41,720 bases of DNA from contig CAYGFT010000002.1 in the NCBI GenBank assembly GCA_964349275.1, positions 1-41,720 of the forward strand, read 5' to 3'. Source of the DNA: an uncultured Candidatus Saccharibacteria bacterium. Its GTDB lineage: Bacteria > Patescibacteriota > Minisyncoccia > Ryanbacterales > 2-02-FULL-48-12. The number at the start of each line of letters is the position of its first letter. The stretch's first letter is position 1. Shown piece after piece: positions 9,315 to 16,902 of this stretch. A model generated the notes under the pieces. It was not told where the DNA came from. It did not search any database and saw nothing but the letters and a program-made list of their open reading frames with translations. Position numbers and translations under genes: made by a program.

Positions 9315-9815
9315 ATGACAAGCACTATTGAGAAAACATTGGTTATTATCAAGCCAGATGGCGTCAAACGCGGTCTTATAGGACGAATTCTCCAGCGCTT
9401 TGAGGATGCAGGATTAAAAATAGTTGGCATGAAGATGCGTTGGGTAGATGCCGGTCATGCTCAAAAACACTATACGGAAGATCTAGCGATTCGGCGTGGA
9501 GAGCATGTACGCAAACAAATGGTGGAGTTTATCACGAGCGGCCCGGTAGTGGCGTTTGTGATTCAGGGGGTTAATGCCATAGAAAACGTACGAAAAATGA
9601 TCGGAGCTACCGAGCCAAAAGCGGCGTCTCCCGGGACGATTCGAGGAGATTTTTCGCATATGAGCTTCTCTCATGCGGATGCGGAAGGTAAAGGTATTGA
9701 AAATTTAGTGCACGCATCCTCGGATGCTACTGATGCCGAGCACGAGGTCTGGCTTTGGTTCAATGTGGATGAGATTTCCGACTACAAAACGGTACACGAG
9801 ACACATACATTCTAG
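9315..9815 (+). CDS. ndk: nucleoside-diphosphate kinase
   Basis: TLVIIKPDGV, GPVVAFV, GTIRGDF and NLVHASD (active-site His) blocks. The ATG at 9315 is preferred over the upstream GTG at 9297. Confidence 0.9.
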   Translation: MTSTIEKTLVIIKPDGVKRGLIGRILQRFEDAGLKIVGMKMRWVDAGHAQKHYTEDLAIRRGEHVRKQMVEFITSGPVVAFVIQGVNAIENVRKMIGATEPKAASPGTIRGDFSHMSFSHADAEGKGIENLVHASSDATDAEHEVWLWFNVDEISDYKTVHETHTF

Positions 9816-9993
9816 TATTAGGCGTAGTCCCCAGAGAAGTGCTACAATACAAGCGGCTTTGCCCGGGTTATACTTTTAGGACACCACATATTTTGGGAGC
9901 CTTATATAGCAGGTCGCTGTGGCGATATGCCGCGGGCACCCACGTAGAGAAGGGCTAAAAGTTCGCCCGGGTAGGGCCAAGCTAATCTATAAC

Positions 9994-10410
9994 ATGCAAT
10001 TACCTAGCAAAAAAGCGATTATCGCTTTTTTCATTCTTATTGTGGCGGTTCATGTCGCCGGGTTGAGCTACCAGTGGTATCATAAACTGTGGTGGATTGA
10101 TATTGTCATGCATGCATCAGGTGGTTTCTGGGTCGCTATGGTAGCTGCGTATGGGTATCAGTTGGTAGCGCCTCAGTCACATTTCTCAATGCCACGGTGG
10201 CTCTATTTTTCTTCCCTCCTGGGTATCGCCATGATTATAGGCGTGGTGTGGGAGTGGGGAGAATTTGTCTCAGATGCATTATTTTTTCCAAACAGGTTTG
10301 TATTCCGTATGCAGTTGGGTCTTACAGACACTATGGGAGATCTCCTAGCAGATCTTGTTGGCGCGGCTGCGTATCTGGGGGGTCGCATATATACTAGACA
10401 TAAAGCGTAA
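9994..10410 (+). CDS. hypothetical integral membrane protein (about 4 TM, weakly VanZ-like acidic motifs)
   Basis: Hydrophobic segments. WEWGEFVSD and TDTMGDLLADLVGA motifs. The ATG at 9994 is chosen because the upstream extension is non-protein-like. The stop abuts the next gene. Confidence 0.6.
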   Translation: MQLPSKKAIIAFFILIVAVHVAGLSYQWYHKLWWIDIVMHASGGFWVAMVAAYGYQLVAPQSHFSMPRWLYFSSLLGIAMIIGVVWEWGEFVSDALFFPNRFVFRMQLGLTDTMGDLLADLVGAAAYLGGRIYTRHKA

Positions 10411-10411
10411 T

Positions 10412-11779
10412 ATGGTTAAACTTACTTTTTTTGGGGGCGCGCAAGAGGTTACGGGGGCATGTTATCTTTTGGAAACAGACACAGTACGTATCTTGATAGA
10501 TTGCGGGATGTTTCAGTGCCCGCGGTTTTGTGAAATGCGTAATGTCGATAAGTTTCCTTTTGACCCCGTCTCGATCGATGCTTTGTTTGTAACGCACGGA
10601 CATATGGACCATATTGGTCGTGTACCCAAACTGGTGCGAGACGGATTTAAAGGGACTATTTATTCCACACCACCCACCAAAGATTTTTCCAATATTATGC
10701 TCCGTGACTCGCTGGGCATTATGGAAAAAGAAGCGCACCACCATGAAGAAAAACTTTTTTATTCGGAGGAAGATATAGAAAAAGCCGTCTCAATGTGGCA
10801 GGGAGTTCCTTATAGGCAAAAGATTACTATAGGCAATCTTTCTCTGGTGCTTCGGGATGCAGGGCATATTCTTGGATCTGCCATCGTAGATATTACGGCA
10901 GACAATAACGGCGTTCCGGTGCGTCTCGCATTTACCGGTGATCTTGGTAATTCACCTACGCCAATTCTTTCACCGAAAGAGCAAGTGACAGGAATTGAGT
11001 ACCTGACTATCGAGTCGGCGTATGGAGATAGAATTCATGAGGACAAAGCCGATCGCAAAATTAAACTAGAGCGGGTCATTGAGGACACGATTAAGGCGGG
11101 GGGTACACTTATGATCCCGGCGTTTAGCTTGGAGCGTACGCAGGAGCTTTTGTTTGAACTCAATGATCTCGTGGAGCATGGGCGTATCCCGCGCGTACCG
11201 GTATTTATCGACTCACCCCTTGCCATTAATGCAACTACGGTATACCGCAATTACAGTGAGTATTTCAATAAAGATGCTCAAGCGCTCATTCAGTCAGGAG
11301 ACGACCTTTTTAAATTTCCCGGGCTCAAACTTACCAAGTCGACTGATGATTCCAAGGCAATCAATGATGTTCCAGCACCCAAAATTATCATGGCGGGAGC
11401 GGGCATGATGCAAGGGGGGAGGATACTCCATCATGCGCGCCGGTATTTGCCGGATTCTAAAAATGCTATTTTGTTTGTTGGGTATCAGGCATCTGGGTCG
11501 CTGGGGCGCAGGATCCTCGAGGGGGCGTCTGAGGCGGTTATTCATGGAGAGCGAATACCTATTCATGCCAAAGCCTATGATATTGGCTCATACTCGGCAC
11601 ATGCGGATTCAGATATGTTGTTTGATTATGTAGCGGGAGCTCGTGAAGGACTCAAAAAAGTATTTGTAGTGCAAGGTGAGCCAAAAGCGGCGTTGTATCT
11701 GGTACAGCGCATCAAAGACAATCTTGGTCTTGAAGCGATCGCGCCGCACTTGGGTGATAGTTTTATTTTGGCGGAGTAG
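10412..11779 (+). CDS. beta-CASP family metallo-beta-lactamase ribonuclease (CPSF73 / RNase J-like)
   Basis: FFGGAQEVTGACYLLE, LIDCG, THGHMDHIGRVP (HxHxDH), GHILGSA, TIESAYG, and a C-terminal SAHAD beta-CASP motif C region. Confidence 0.85.
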   Translation: MVKLTFFGGAQEVTGACYLLETDTVRILIDCGMFQCPRFCEMRNVDKFPFDPVSIDALFVTHGHMDHIGRVPKLVRDGFKGTIYSTPPTKDFSNIMLRDSLGIMEKEAHHHEEKLFYSEEDIEKAVSMWQGVPYRQKITIGNLSLVLRDAGHILGSAIVDITADNNGVPVRLAFTGDLGNSPTPILSPKEQVTGIEYLTIESAYGDRIHEDKADRKIKLERVIEDTIKAGGTLMIPAFSLERTQELLFELNDLVEHGRIPRVPVFIDSPLAINATTVYRNYSEYFNKDAQALIQSGDDLFKFPGLKLTKSTDDSKAINDVPAPKIIMAGAGMMQGGRILHHARRYLPDSKNAILFVGYQASGSLGRRILEGASEAVIHGERIPIHAKAYDIGSYSAHADSDMLFDYVAGAREGLKKVFVVQGEPKAALYLVQRIKDNLGLEAIAPHLGDSFILAE

Positions 11780-11792
11780 TATACTGGATAGT

Positions 11793-12380
11793 ATGCCTGA
11801 AGATACGAAAACCAGATCACCGCATTATCATCTCAAATACAAAATTTGCGTATCGGGTGCCGCAGAGACCGGGCACTGCTCGACAGATGCCCTCGATAAG
11901 GCAAAAGAGTTGGGGCGGGAGATTGTTCGGCACAATTGTGTGTTGGTCACGGGTGCCACTACCGGCTTTCCGTTTTGGGCCGCCATTGGGGCTAAAGAAG
12001 AACATGGCATTTCTATCGGACTCTCTCCAGCATCCTCGGAGCGAGAGCATGTGGAGCGATTTAAGCTCCCGGTAGACTATATGGATATGATTATTTATAC
12101 CGGATTTGATTACTCAGGCAGAAACCTGCTCCTTACCCGGTCTGCAGATGCGGTAGTGATTGGGTGCGGACGTATTGGCACGCTCAATGAGTTTACGATT
12201 GCATTTGAAGATGGGAAACCCATTGGGGTACTCTCTGGTACGGGGGGGACTGCGGATGTTATTGAAGATATCGTCAAAGCCTCCAACCGCAAGGCACGTA
12301 TTGTATACGATGAAGACCCAAAACGTCTTTTGGAAAAATTGATAGTTTTGATTGAAGAAGAAAAAATACAAAAAGAATAA
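11793..12380 (+). CDS. SLOG/LOG-like Rossmann protein (TIGR00725-type family)
   Basis: ICVSGAAETG, VLVTGATTG and GCGRIGTLNEFT blocks resemble LOG / DprA-related SLOG folds. ATG at 11793, 14 nt after the upstream stop. Confidence 0.65.
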   Translation: MPEDTKTRSPHYHLKYKICVSGAAETGHCSTDALDKAKELGREIVRHNCVLVTGATTGFPFWAAIGAKEEHGISIGLSPASSEREHVERFKLPVDYMDMIIYTGFDYSGRNLLLTRSADAVVIGCGRIGTLNEFTIAFEDGKPIGVLSGTGGTADVIEDIVKASNRKARIVYDEDPKRLLEKLIVLIEEEKIQKE

Positions 12381-12385
12381 TTTTT

Positions 12386-12859
12386 ATGTTACAGCTCGAC
12401 CCCATAACTATACGCATATGTTCGCAACTCTTGCTTGCGGTGATACTAGGGATGCTTGTGGGAGTGGAGCGCGAACACCGGCGCAAAGCGGCGGGACTGC
12501 GAACCTATACGCTCGTGTGCCTTGGGGCCGCGCTATTTACCATACTTTCGGTGGATGGATTTTCACGGTTTGCATTTCGGGATAGCTTTGACCCGGCACG
12601 TATTGCCGCACAAGTGGTGGTGGGTATCGGGTTTATCGCGGGGGGGCTTATCATCTTACATGACAATAGGATCCAGGGCTTGACCACTGCGGCAGGACTT
12701 TGGACGGTTTCCGCGATTGGTATGGCGGTTGGCCTTGAGTTTTATACGGTTGCTATTTTTACTACACTGCTCACACTTAGCATCATGTGGATATTACGAA
12801 GAGTGGAGGCGGGTATCCCACGCGAAGATATTGCGGAGGTGATTCAAATCGAAAAATAG
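12386..12859 (+). CDS. MgtC/SapB family membrane protein
   Basis: LLLAVILGMLVGVEREHRRKAAGLRTYTLVCLGAALF is the canonical MgtC N-terminal block. 4-5 TM. Confidence 0.85.
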   Translation: MLQLDPITIRICSQLLLAVILGMLVGVEREHRRKAAGLRTYTLVCLGAALFTILSVDGFSRFAFRDSFDPARIAAQVVVGIGFIAGGLIILHDNRIQGLTTAAGLWTVSAIGMAVGLEFYTVAIFTTLLTLSIMWILRRVEAGIPREDIAEVIQIEK

Positions 12860-12862
12860 TCC

Positions 12863-14002
12863 ATGGGAGCACATACCAAAGTCTACTCCAGTCTGGGGTT
12901 ACTGGTAGGGACGGTTGTCGGTGCGGGAATGTTCGCGCTACCGTATGCGGTAGTGCGTGCGGGGTGGTGGTGGAGCATGCTGCATCTGGTGTTTACGTTT
13001 GGTGTACTGACCGCACTACATCTTTTGTATAGTGATGTGATCTTCGCGACGCCCAAAAAACATCGCTTGCCGGGGTACGCACGTCTTTATCTTGGAAGTG
13101 TCTTTGGGCGGGTTTCGCTCGGCTCGGCGGTCATTGGCTTTTATGGAGCAATGCTTGCCTACGGTATTCTTGGGGGGATATTTCTTGAGCGCATCTTGGG
13201 GGGCGTGGTCTCTGCGGGGTCTTTGAGCGCACTCTTTTTTATGTGTGCCGGGGCGGTGGTGGCGGTCAACCTCATGCGCGTTGGCCAGATTGATTTTATC
13301 TTGAGTGTAGCATTGGTTCTGTTTGTAGGGGTTTTATTCTTACTTGCGTTTCCACATGCAGATATTGCGCGTATAGGGCCTGGGGATCCGGGTGCATGGT
13401 TTTTCCCATACGGCATCTTCCTCTTCGCATTTGCGGGAGCTTCAGCAATTCCAGACGCGGCGGACGTATTTCGTCACAACAATAAAAAATTATTTCGTAA
13501 GATTGTAATTGGCGGGACGGTCATCCCACTTGCCATTTATCTTTTGTTTATCTATACGGTTGCCGGTGTTTCTGGCACGACAACTTCGCCGGATGCTATC
13601 TCGGGTCTTTTGCCATATCTTGGGTCAGGAGCGGTGTTCTTGGGCGCACTCATTGGATTATGTGCCGTGTTTCGATCCTACATTTCTATGGGAGCGGATC
13701 TGCGTAATATTTACCGGTATGATTATGGCTGTGATGCTTTTGTAAGTTGGCTCTTGGTCGTGGTGGTGCCGCCGATGCTCTATTATCTTGGTATGAATGA
13801 TTTTTTGGGTGCGATTGGCCTTGCGGGTGGCGTAGCGATTGGCATAGACGGTATTACGATAGTCCTCTTGACGCTGGTATTGCGTCGCAAGAGCTCAAAC
13901 AGGCAAAATGGCTTAGGGGCAAGTTGGCTTCTTTGGATTATTCTTGCCGCATTGCTTGCTGGTGTTATGCGGGAGTTGTGGTTTAGTATTTTTAGCGTAT
14001 AG
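12863..14002 (+). CDS. amino-acid permease-like transporter (aromatic/hydroxy amino acid permease type)
   Basis: About 11 TM. The N-terminal GTVVGAGMFALPYA motif is typical of Trp/Tyr/Ser-type permeases. Confidence 0.7.
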   Translation: MGAHTKVYSSLGLLVGTVVGAGMFALPYAVVRAGWWWSMLHLVFTFGVLTALHLLYSDVIFATPKKHRLPGYARLYLGSVFGRVSLGSAVIGFYGAMLAYGILGGIFLERILGGVVSAGSLSALFFMCAGAVVAVNLMRVGQIDFILSVALVLFVGVLFLLAFPHADIARIGPGDPGAWFFPYGIFLFAFAGASAIPDAADVFRHNNKKLFRKIVIGGTVIPLAIYLLFIYTVAGVSGTTTSPDAISGLLPYLGSGAVFLGALIGLCAVFRSYISMGADLRNIYRYDYGCDAFVSWLLVVVVPPMLYYLGMNDFLGAIGLAGGVAIGIDGITIVLLTLVLRRKSSNRQNGLGASWLLWIILAALLAGVMRELWFSIFSV

Positions 14003-14004
14003 AC

Positions 14005-14628
14005 ATGAAACATGTTTCGGTAAATCGGGTCATTCGGATTCTCCTTCTTTTTATATTTACCGCCAATGTGGGGGAGGCCTTCTTTGTGCCGGTGTTTGCG
14101 ATATTTGTCACCGATATTGTCTCGGGAGCTACATTCTCCACAATCGGTCTTGCGGTCGCATTTTCCGCAATTGCGAAATCCATATGCCAAGTGCCGCTGG
14201 CACGATATCTAGATAAACGGCGCGGCGAGCATGATGATTTTTGGGCGATGATTGCCGGATCTTTACTTGCTACGCTTGCATCATTTTCACTACTCATAAT
14301 CTCTTTGCCGTGGCATCTGTACCTAGTGAACGTTGTCGTGGGTATATCGAGCGCGGCACTGATGGCCGCCTACTATTCGGTATTCGCACATCATGCAGAC
14401 AAAGGGTCCGAGGGACTTGAGTGGAGTCTATTTAGTGTGGTGGGGCTTACGGTCTCGACAGCCTTGGGTGCCGCTATCGGAGGCTATATCGCAGATTTTT
14501 TTGGTATACGGATTTTAATTGTTGCGGTGGGTATGATGAATGTTGCCGCAACAGTCATCCTCGTGTCTCTCTATCCGTTTTTGCTCCTGCGCACCAAACC
14601 AATACTTGAAGAACAAAAAAGACCATAA
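14005..14628 (+). CDS. six-TM half-size MFS-like membrane protein
   Basis: 207 aa, about 6 TM. An MFS motif-A-like loop (PLARYLDKRRGEHDD) sits between TM2 and TM3. Confidence 0.55.
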   Translation: MKHVSVNRVIRILLLFIFTANVGEAFFVPVFAIFVTDIVSGATFSTIGLAVAFSAIAKSICQVPLARYLDKRRGEHDDFWAMIAGSLLATLASFSLLIISLPWHLYLVNVVVGISSAALMAAYYSVFAHHADKGSEGLEWSLFSVVGLTVSTALGAAIGGYIADFFGIRILIVAVGMMNVAATVILVSLYPFLLLRTKPILEEQKRP

Positions 14629-14798
14629 CGGCCTTGGAGTTCTGTGTGTAGTTTATGGCGGGACGAGGAACGGAAATTCCTTGAGGAATAAGAGGGTTGG
14701 ATTGCGGGCGGGAAAACCCATCAAATCCGGAAAGTCCGTTCATTCGTCCCATAAGGAGGTCTTCCCTCCAGACTAGCGTTTTTATGCCAAATGTCAAT

Positions 14799-14828
14799 CA
14801 AAAAGAAATCCCTGCTTATTTGGCAGGG
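14799..14828 (-). terminator. rho-independent terminator of the infC-rpmI-rplT operon
   Basis: On the minus strand: CCCUGC-CAAAUAA-GCAGGG followed by AUUUCUUUUU. The rplT stop codon lies in the loop. Confidence 0.75.
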
Positions 14829-15169
14829 ACTGCTTTTTTGACGATCATTTCGAATGCTTTGGGATGCTTTGCGGCGAGCTCGGCGAGGATTTTACGATCA
14901 ATCTCGATGCTTGCTTTTTTGAGTGCCCCCATGAGTTTGCTATAGGAGATGCCGTGCAAACGGGCGGCGGCGTTGATCTTGATTTCCCAGAGCTTGCGGG
15001 CGGTGCGCTTTTTCTTGTGATTGTCCTGGAAGCGGTTGACGCCAGCATGCAGGAGTCCTTCACGGGCGGCGCGCTCTTTTGATTTGCGTCCCCAACGAAA
15101 CCCCTTGGTTTGCTTGAGTACCTTGCGGCGGCGTTTTACAGATATAGTTCCTCGTTTTACGCGTGTCAT
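14816..15169 (-). CDS. rplT: 50S ribosomal protein L20
   Basis: MTRVKRG...KGFRWGR...INAAARLHGISYS is canonical L20. Confidence 0.97.
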   Translation of the reverse strand: MTRVKRGTISVKRRRKVLKQTKGFRWGRKSKERAAREGLLHAGVNRFQDNHKKKRTARKLWEIKINAAARLHGISYSKLMGALKKASIEIDRKILAELAAKHPKAFEMIVKKAVPAK

Positions 15170-15191
15170 GTTCGGTAAATAAAATTAGCGG

Positions 15192-15386
15192 CTATGCGTG
15201 TATGGAAACAGGGTAGCGGCGCAAAGTGTCTTTGCTTTGGATAAACTTACTTAAACCTTTTCTGCCGAGCTGTTTGGTACGTCGGGCTTTGGCATTGAAA
15301 TGGTTTTGCCCTGAAGAGCGTCGGAGTGCTTTGCCGTTTTTGGTAACTTTGATTCGTTTGGAAACTGATTTGTTGGTTTTTGCCAT
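15192..15386 (-). CDS. rpmI: 50S ribosomal protein L35
   Basis: MAKTNKSVSKRIKVTKNGK...H is canonical L35. 64 aa. Confidence 0.95.
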   Translation of the reverse strand: MAKTNKSVSKRIKVTKNGKALRRSSGQNHFNAKARRTKQLGRKGLSKFIQSKDTLRRYPVSIHA

Positions 15387-15391
15387 GATGG

Positions 15392-15913
15392 TTATTCTTT
15401 CTCTATCGTCATATTGAGACCACGCGGACCCTTGAGGGCCGGAGCAGTAACTTTGTATGGGGTGGTAATGAGTTTTAAAAATGTATCGAGACGTCCTTGG
15501 ATAAAGTTCCTGTCCATGTACTTGGCTCTGCCTCGGAGGATAAACTCGACACGGACCTTGTTGGATTCTGCGAGAAACTCCTCGGCGGTTCGGGCTTTGA
15601 GCTCCATGTCATGTATGGAGGTATTGATCCCGATACGTACACCTTTGACCTCAATTTCTTTTTGTTTCTTTGCCGATTGCCGTGCCTCTTTTTCTTTTTG
15701 GTATTGGTACTTACCATAGTCCATGATGCGGACTACGGGTGGTACGGCTTTGGCGGCAACCTCAATGAGATCAAGACCTTGCTCCAAAGAAAGCTCAAGC
15801 GCCTTGGAAGTATCCATAACGCCAAGGTTCGAATCATCCGCGCCTATGACGCGGACTTGAGGAACCCGTATTTGGTTATTGATTCTTGGGTGGTCTATGG
15901 TTGATTTGTTAAT
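15392..15913 (-). CDS. infC: translation initiation factor IF-3, non-AUG start (AUU at 15913-15911; AUA at 15898 or AUC at 15883 are alternatives)
   Basis: The ORF-track ATG (15817) would remove the conserved N-domain. The same frame upstream reads ...RINNQIRVPQVRVIGADDSNLGVMDTSKALELSLEQGLDLIEV, the canonical IF-3 N-terminus. There is no in-frame ATG/GTG/TTG there. The 5' boundary is uncertain by up to 30 nt. Confidence 0.85.
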   Translation of the reverse strand: MNKSTIDHPRINNQIRVPQVRVIGADDSNLGVMDTSKALELSLEQGLDLIEVAAKAVPPVVRIMDYGKYQYQKEKEARQSAKKQKEIEVKGVRIGINTSIHDMELKARTAEEFLAESNKVRVEFILRGRAKYMDRNFIQGRLDTFLKLITTPYKVTAPALKGPRGLNMTIEKE

Positions 15914-15916
15914 CGC

Positions 15917-16274
15917 GGTGGAGACGGGGAGAGTTGAACTCCCGTCCGAGAGGCTAGGCCATAAAAATGTTTTACAGGCTTATTTCACTAAAAGCGAAAG
16001 GGGTTTGCCCGATAGTGTCGCAATCTTCATCGGACGTCGAGATTGCCAAGCTCGAAGATATAACACCGGGGTTCTGCCGTACGAGCGTGAGCAGATCCGA
16101 TGCCCTGGACGAATCCAGAGAATAGCTAGTGACCACTAGGCAAGCGCAAGCGCCGGCTCAGCGGAAAAAGCTTTTGTAAATAAGTTCGCACTTATTTGTT
16201 TGCAGATTGGTAAAGGAGTCCTGCGCTCCTGCCTGATTTTTAAGGTTTTACCTCCGTCGAAGCCTGTCGTCCCC
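15917..16274 (-). ncRNA. ssrA: tmRNA (SsrA), one-piece
   Basis: 5' GGGGACGACAGGCUUCGACGGAGG pairs with 3' CGUCUCC-A-CC, including the G3:U wobble alanine identity pair. T-arm GGGAG-UUCAACU-CUCCC. Tag reading frame 16189..16136 encodes ANLFTKAFSAEPALALA then UAG, with the stop inside a CUAGUG..CACUAG hairpin. Located beside smpB. Confidence 0.95.
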
Positions 16275-16379
16275 GCATCTTTCCTGCGACAATTTCCATG
16301 CAGGGCACATCGGAATATCAAATCGTTGCTGATGTACTGCCTATGGAGTATAGGGTCGTAAAAAAGAGGCGGGGCAGGA

Positions 16380-16832
16380 TTATTCCTGCGAGTATTTAAG
16401 CGTACGATTGATACGCCTCCCTTCCTCGCGTTTCTGTATCTTTTGGCGTTTGTCTATGGTCTTTTTCCCACGTCCAAGGCCAAATTTGAGCTTAATGAGA
16501 TTGCGCTTAGTATACACCTCAAGAGGCACTAAAGTCAACCCCTGTTCGGTCGATTTGCCTGTCAGATACTTAATTTCTTGCTTGTGGAGTAGGAGCTCCC
16601 GGGTGCGATCAGGGTCGTAATCCTCGGGGGTATTGGCGGTCTGAAAGGGGGGGATATGTGTGCCGACGAGTAGCGCTCGGCCGTCGCGAATGATGATGTA
16701 GGAGCCTTGAATACGAGCCATGCCTTTTCGTATTGCTTTTACCTCATAGCCTTTCAGCGCCAAACCAGCCTCGAAGGTCTCCAGGATCTCATAGTCAAAA
16801 TGCGCTTTGCGGTTTTCGGTAAGGGATGGCAT
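16380..16832 (-). CDS. smpB: SsrA-binding protein SmpB
   Basis: ENRKAHFDYEILETFEAGLALKGYEVKAIR and a basic C-terminal tail are canonical SmpB. Confidence 0.95.
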   Translation of the reverse strand: MPSLTENRKAHFDYEILETFEAGLALKGYEVKAIRKGMARIQGSYIIIRDGRALLVGTHIPPFQTANTPEDYDPDRTRELLLHKQEIKYLTGKSTEQGLTLVPLEVYTKRNLIKLKFGLGRGKKTIDKRQKIQKREEGRRINRTLKYSQE

Positions 16833-16902
16833 AAGGAGATTGTAACATACCTTTTATATGTGGTAGATTTGATGCGGATATAAAACAAAAGGAGGCATAG
16901 GT

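Noticed and set aside
14729-14738. GGAAAGUCCG matches the RNase P RNA CR-I/P4 consensus, suggesting rnpB.
   Set aside because: Only about 170 nt of non-coding sequence is available. The 3' strand of the closing helix starts directly at the GUCCG of the motif. No CR-V (ACAGAAnCCGGCUUA) partner exists before the clearly coding rplT. The element is too short and the wrong shape for RNase P RNA. It also does not match the SRP RNA GGAA-tetraloop region.
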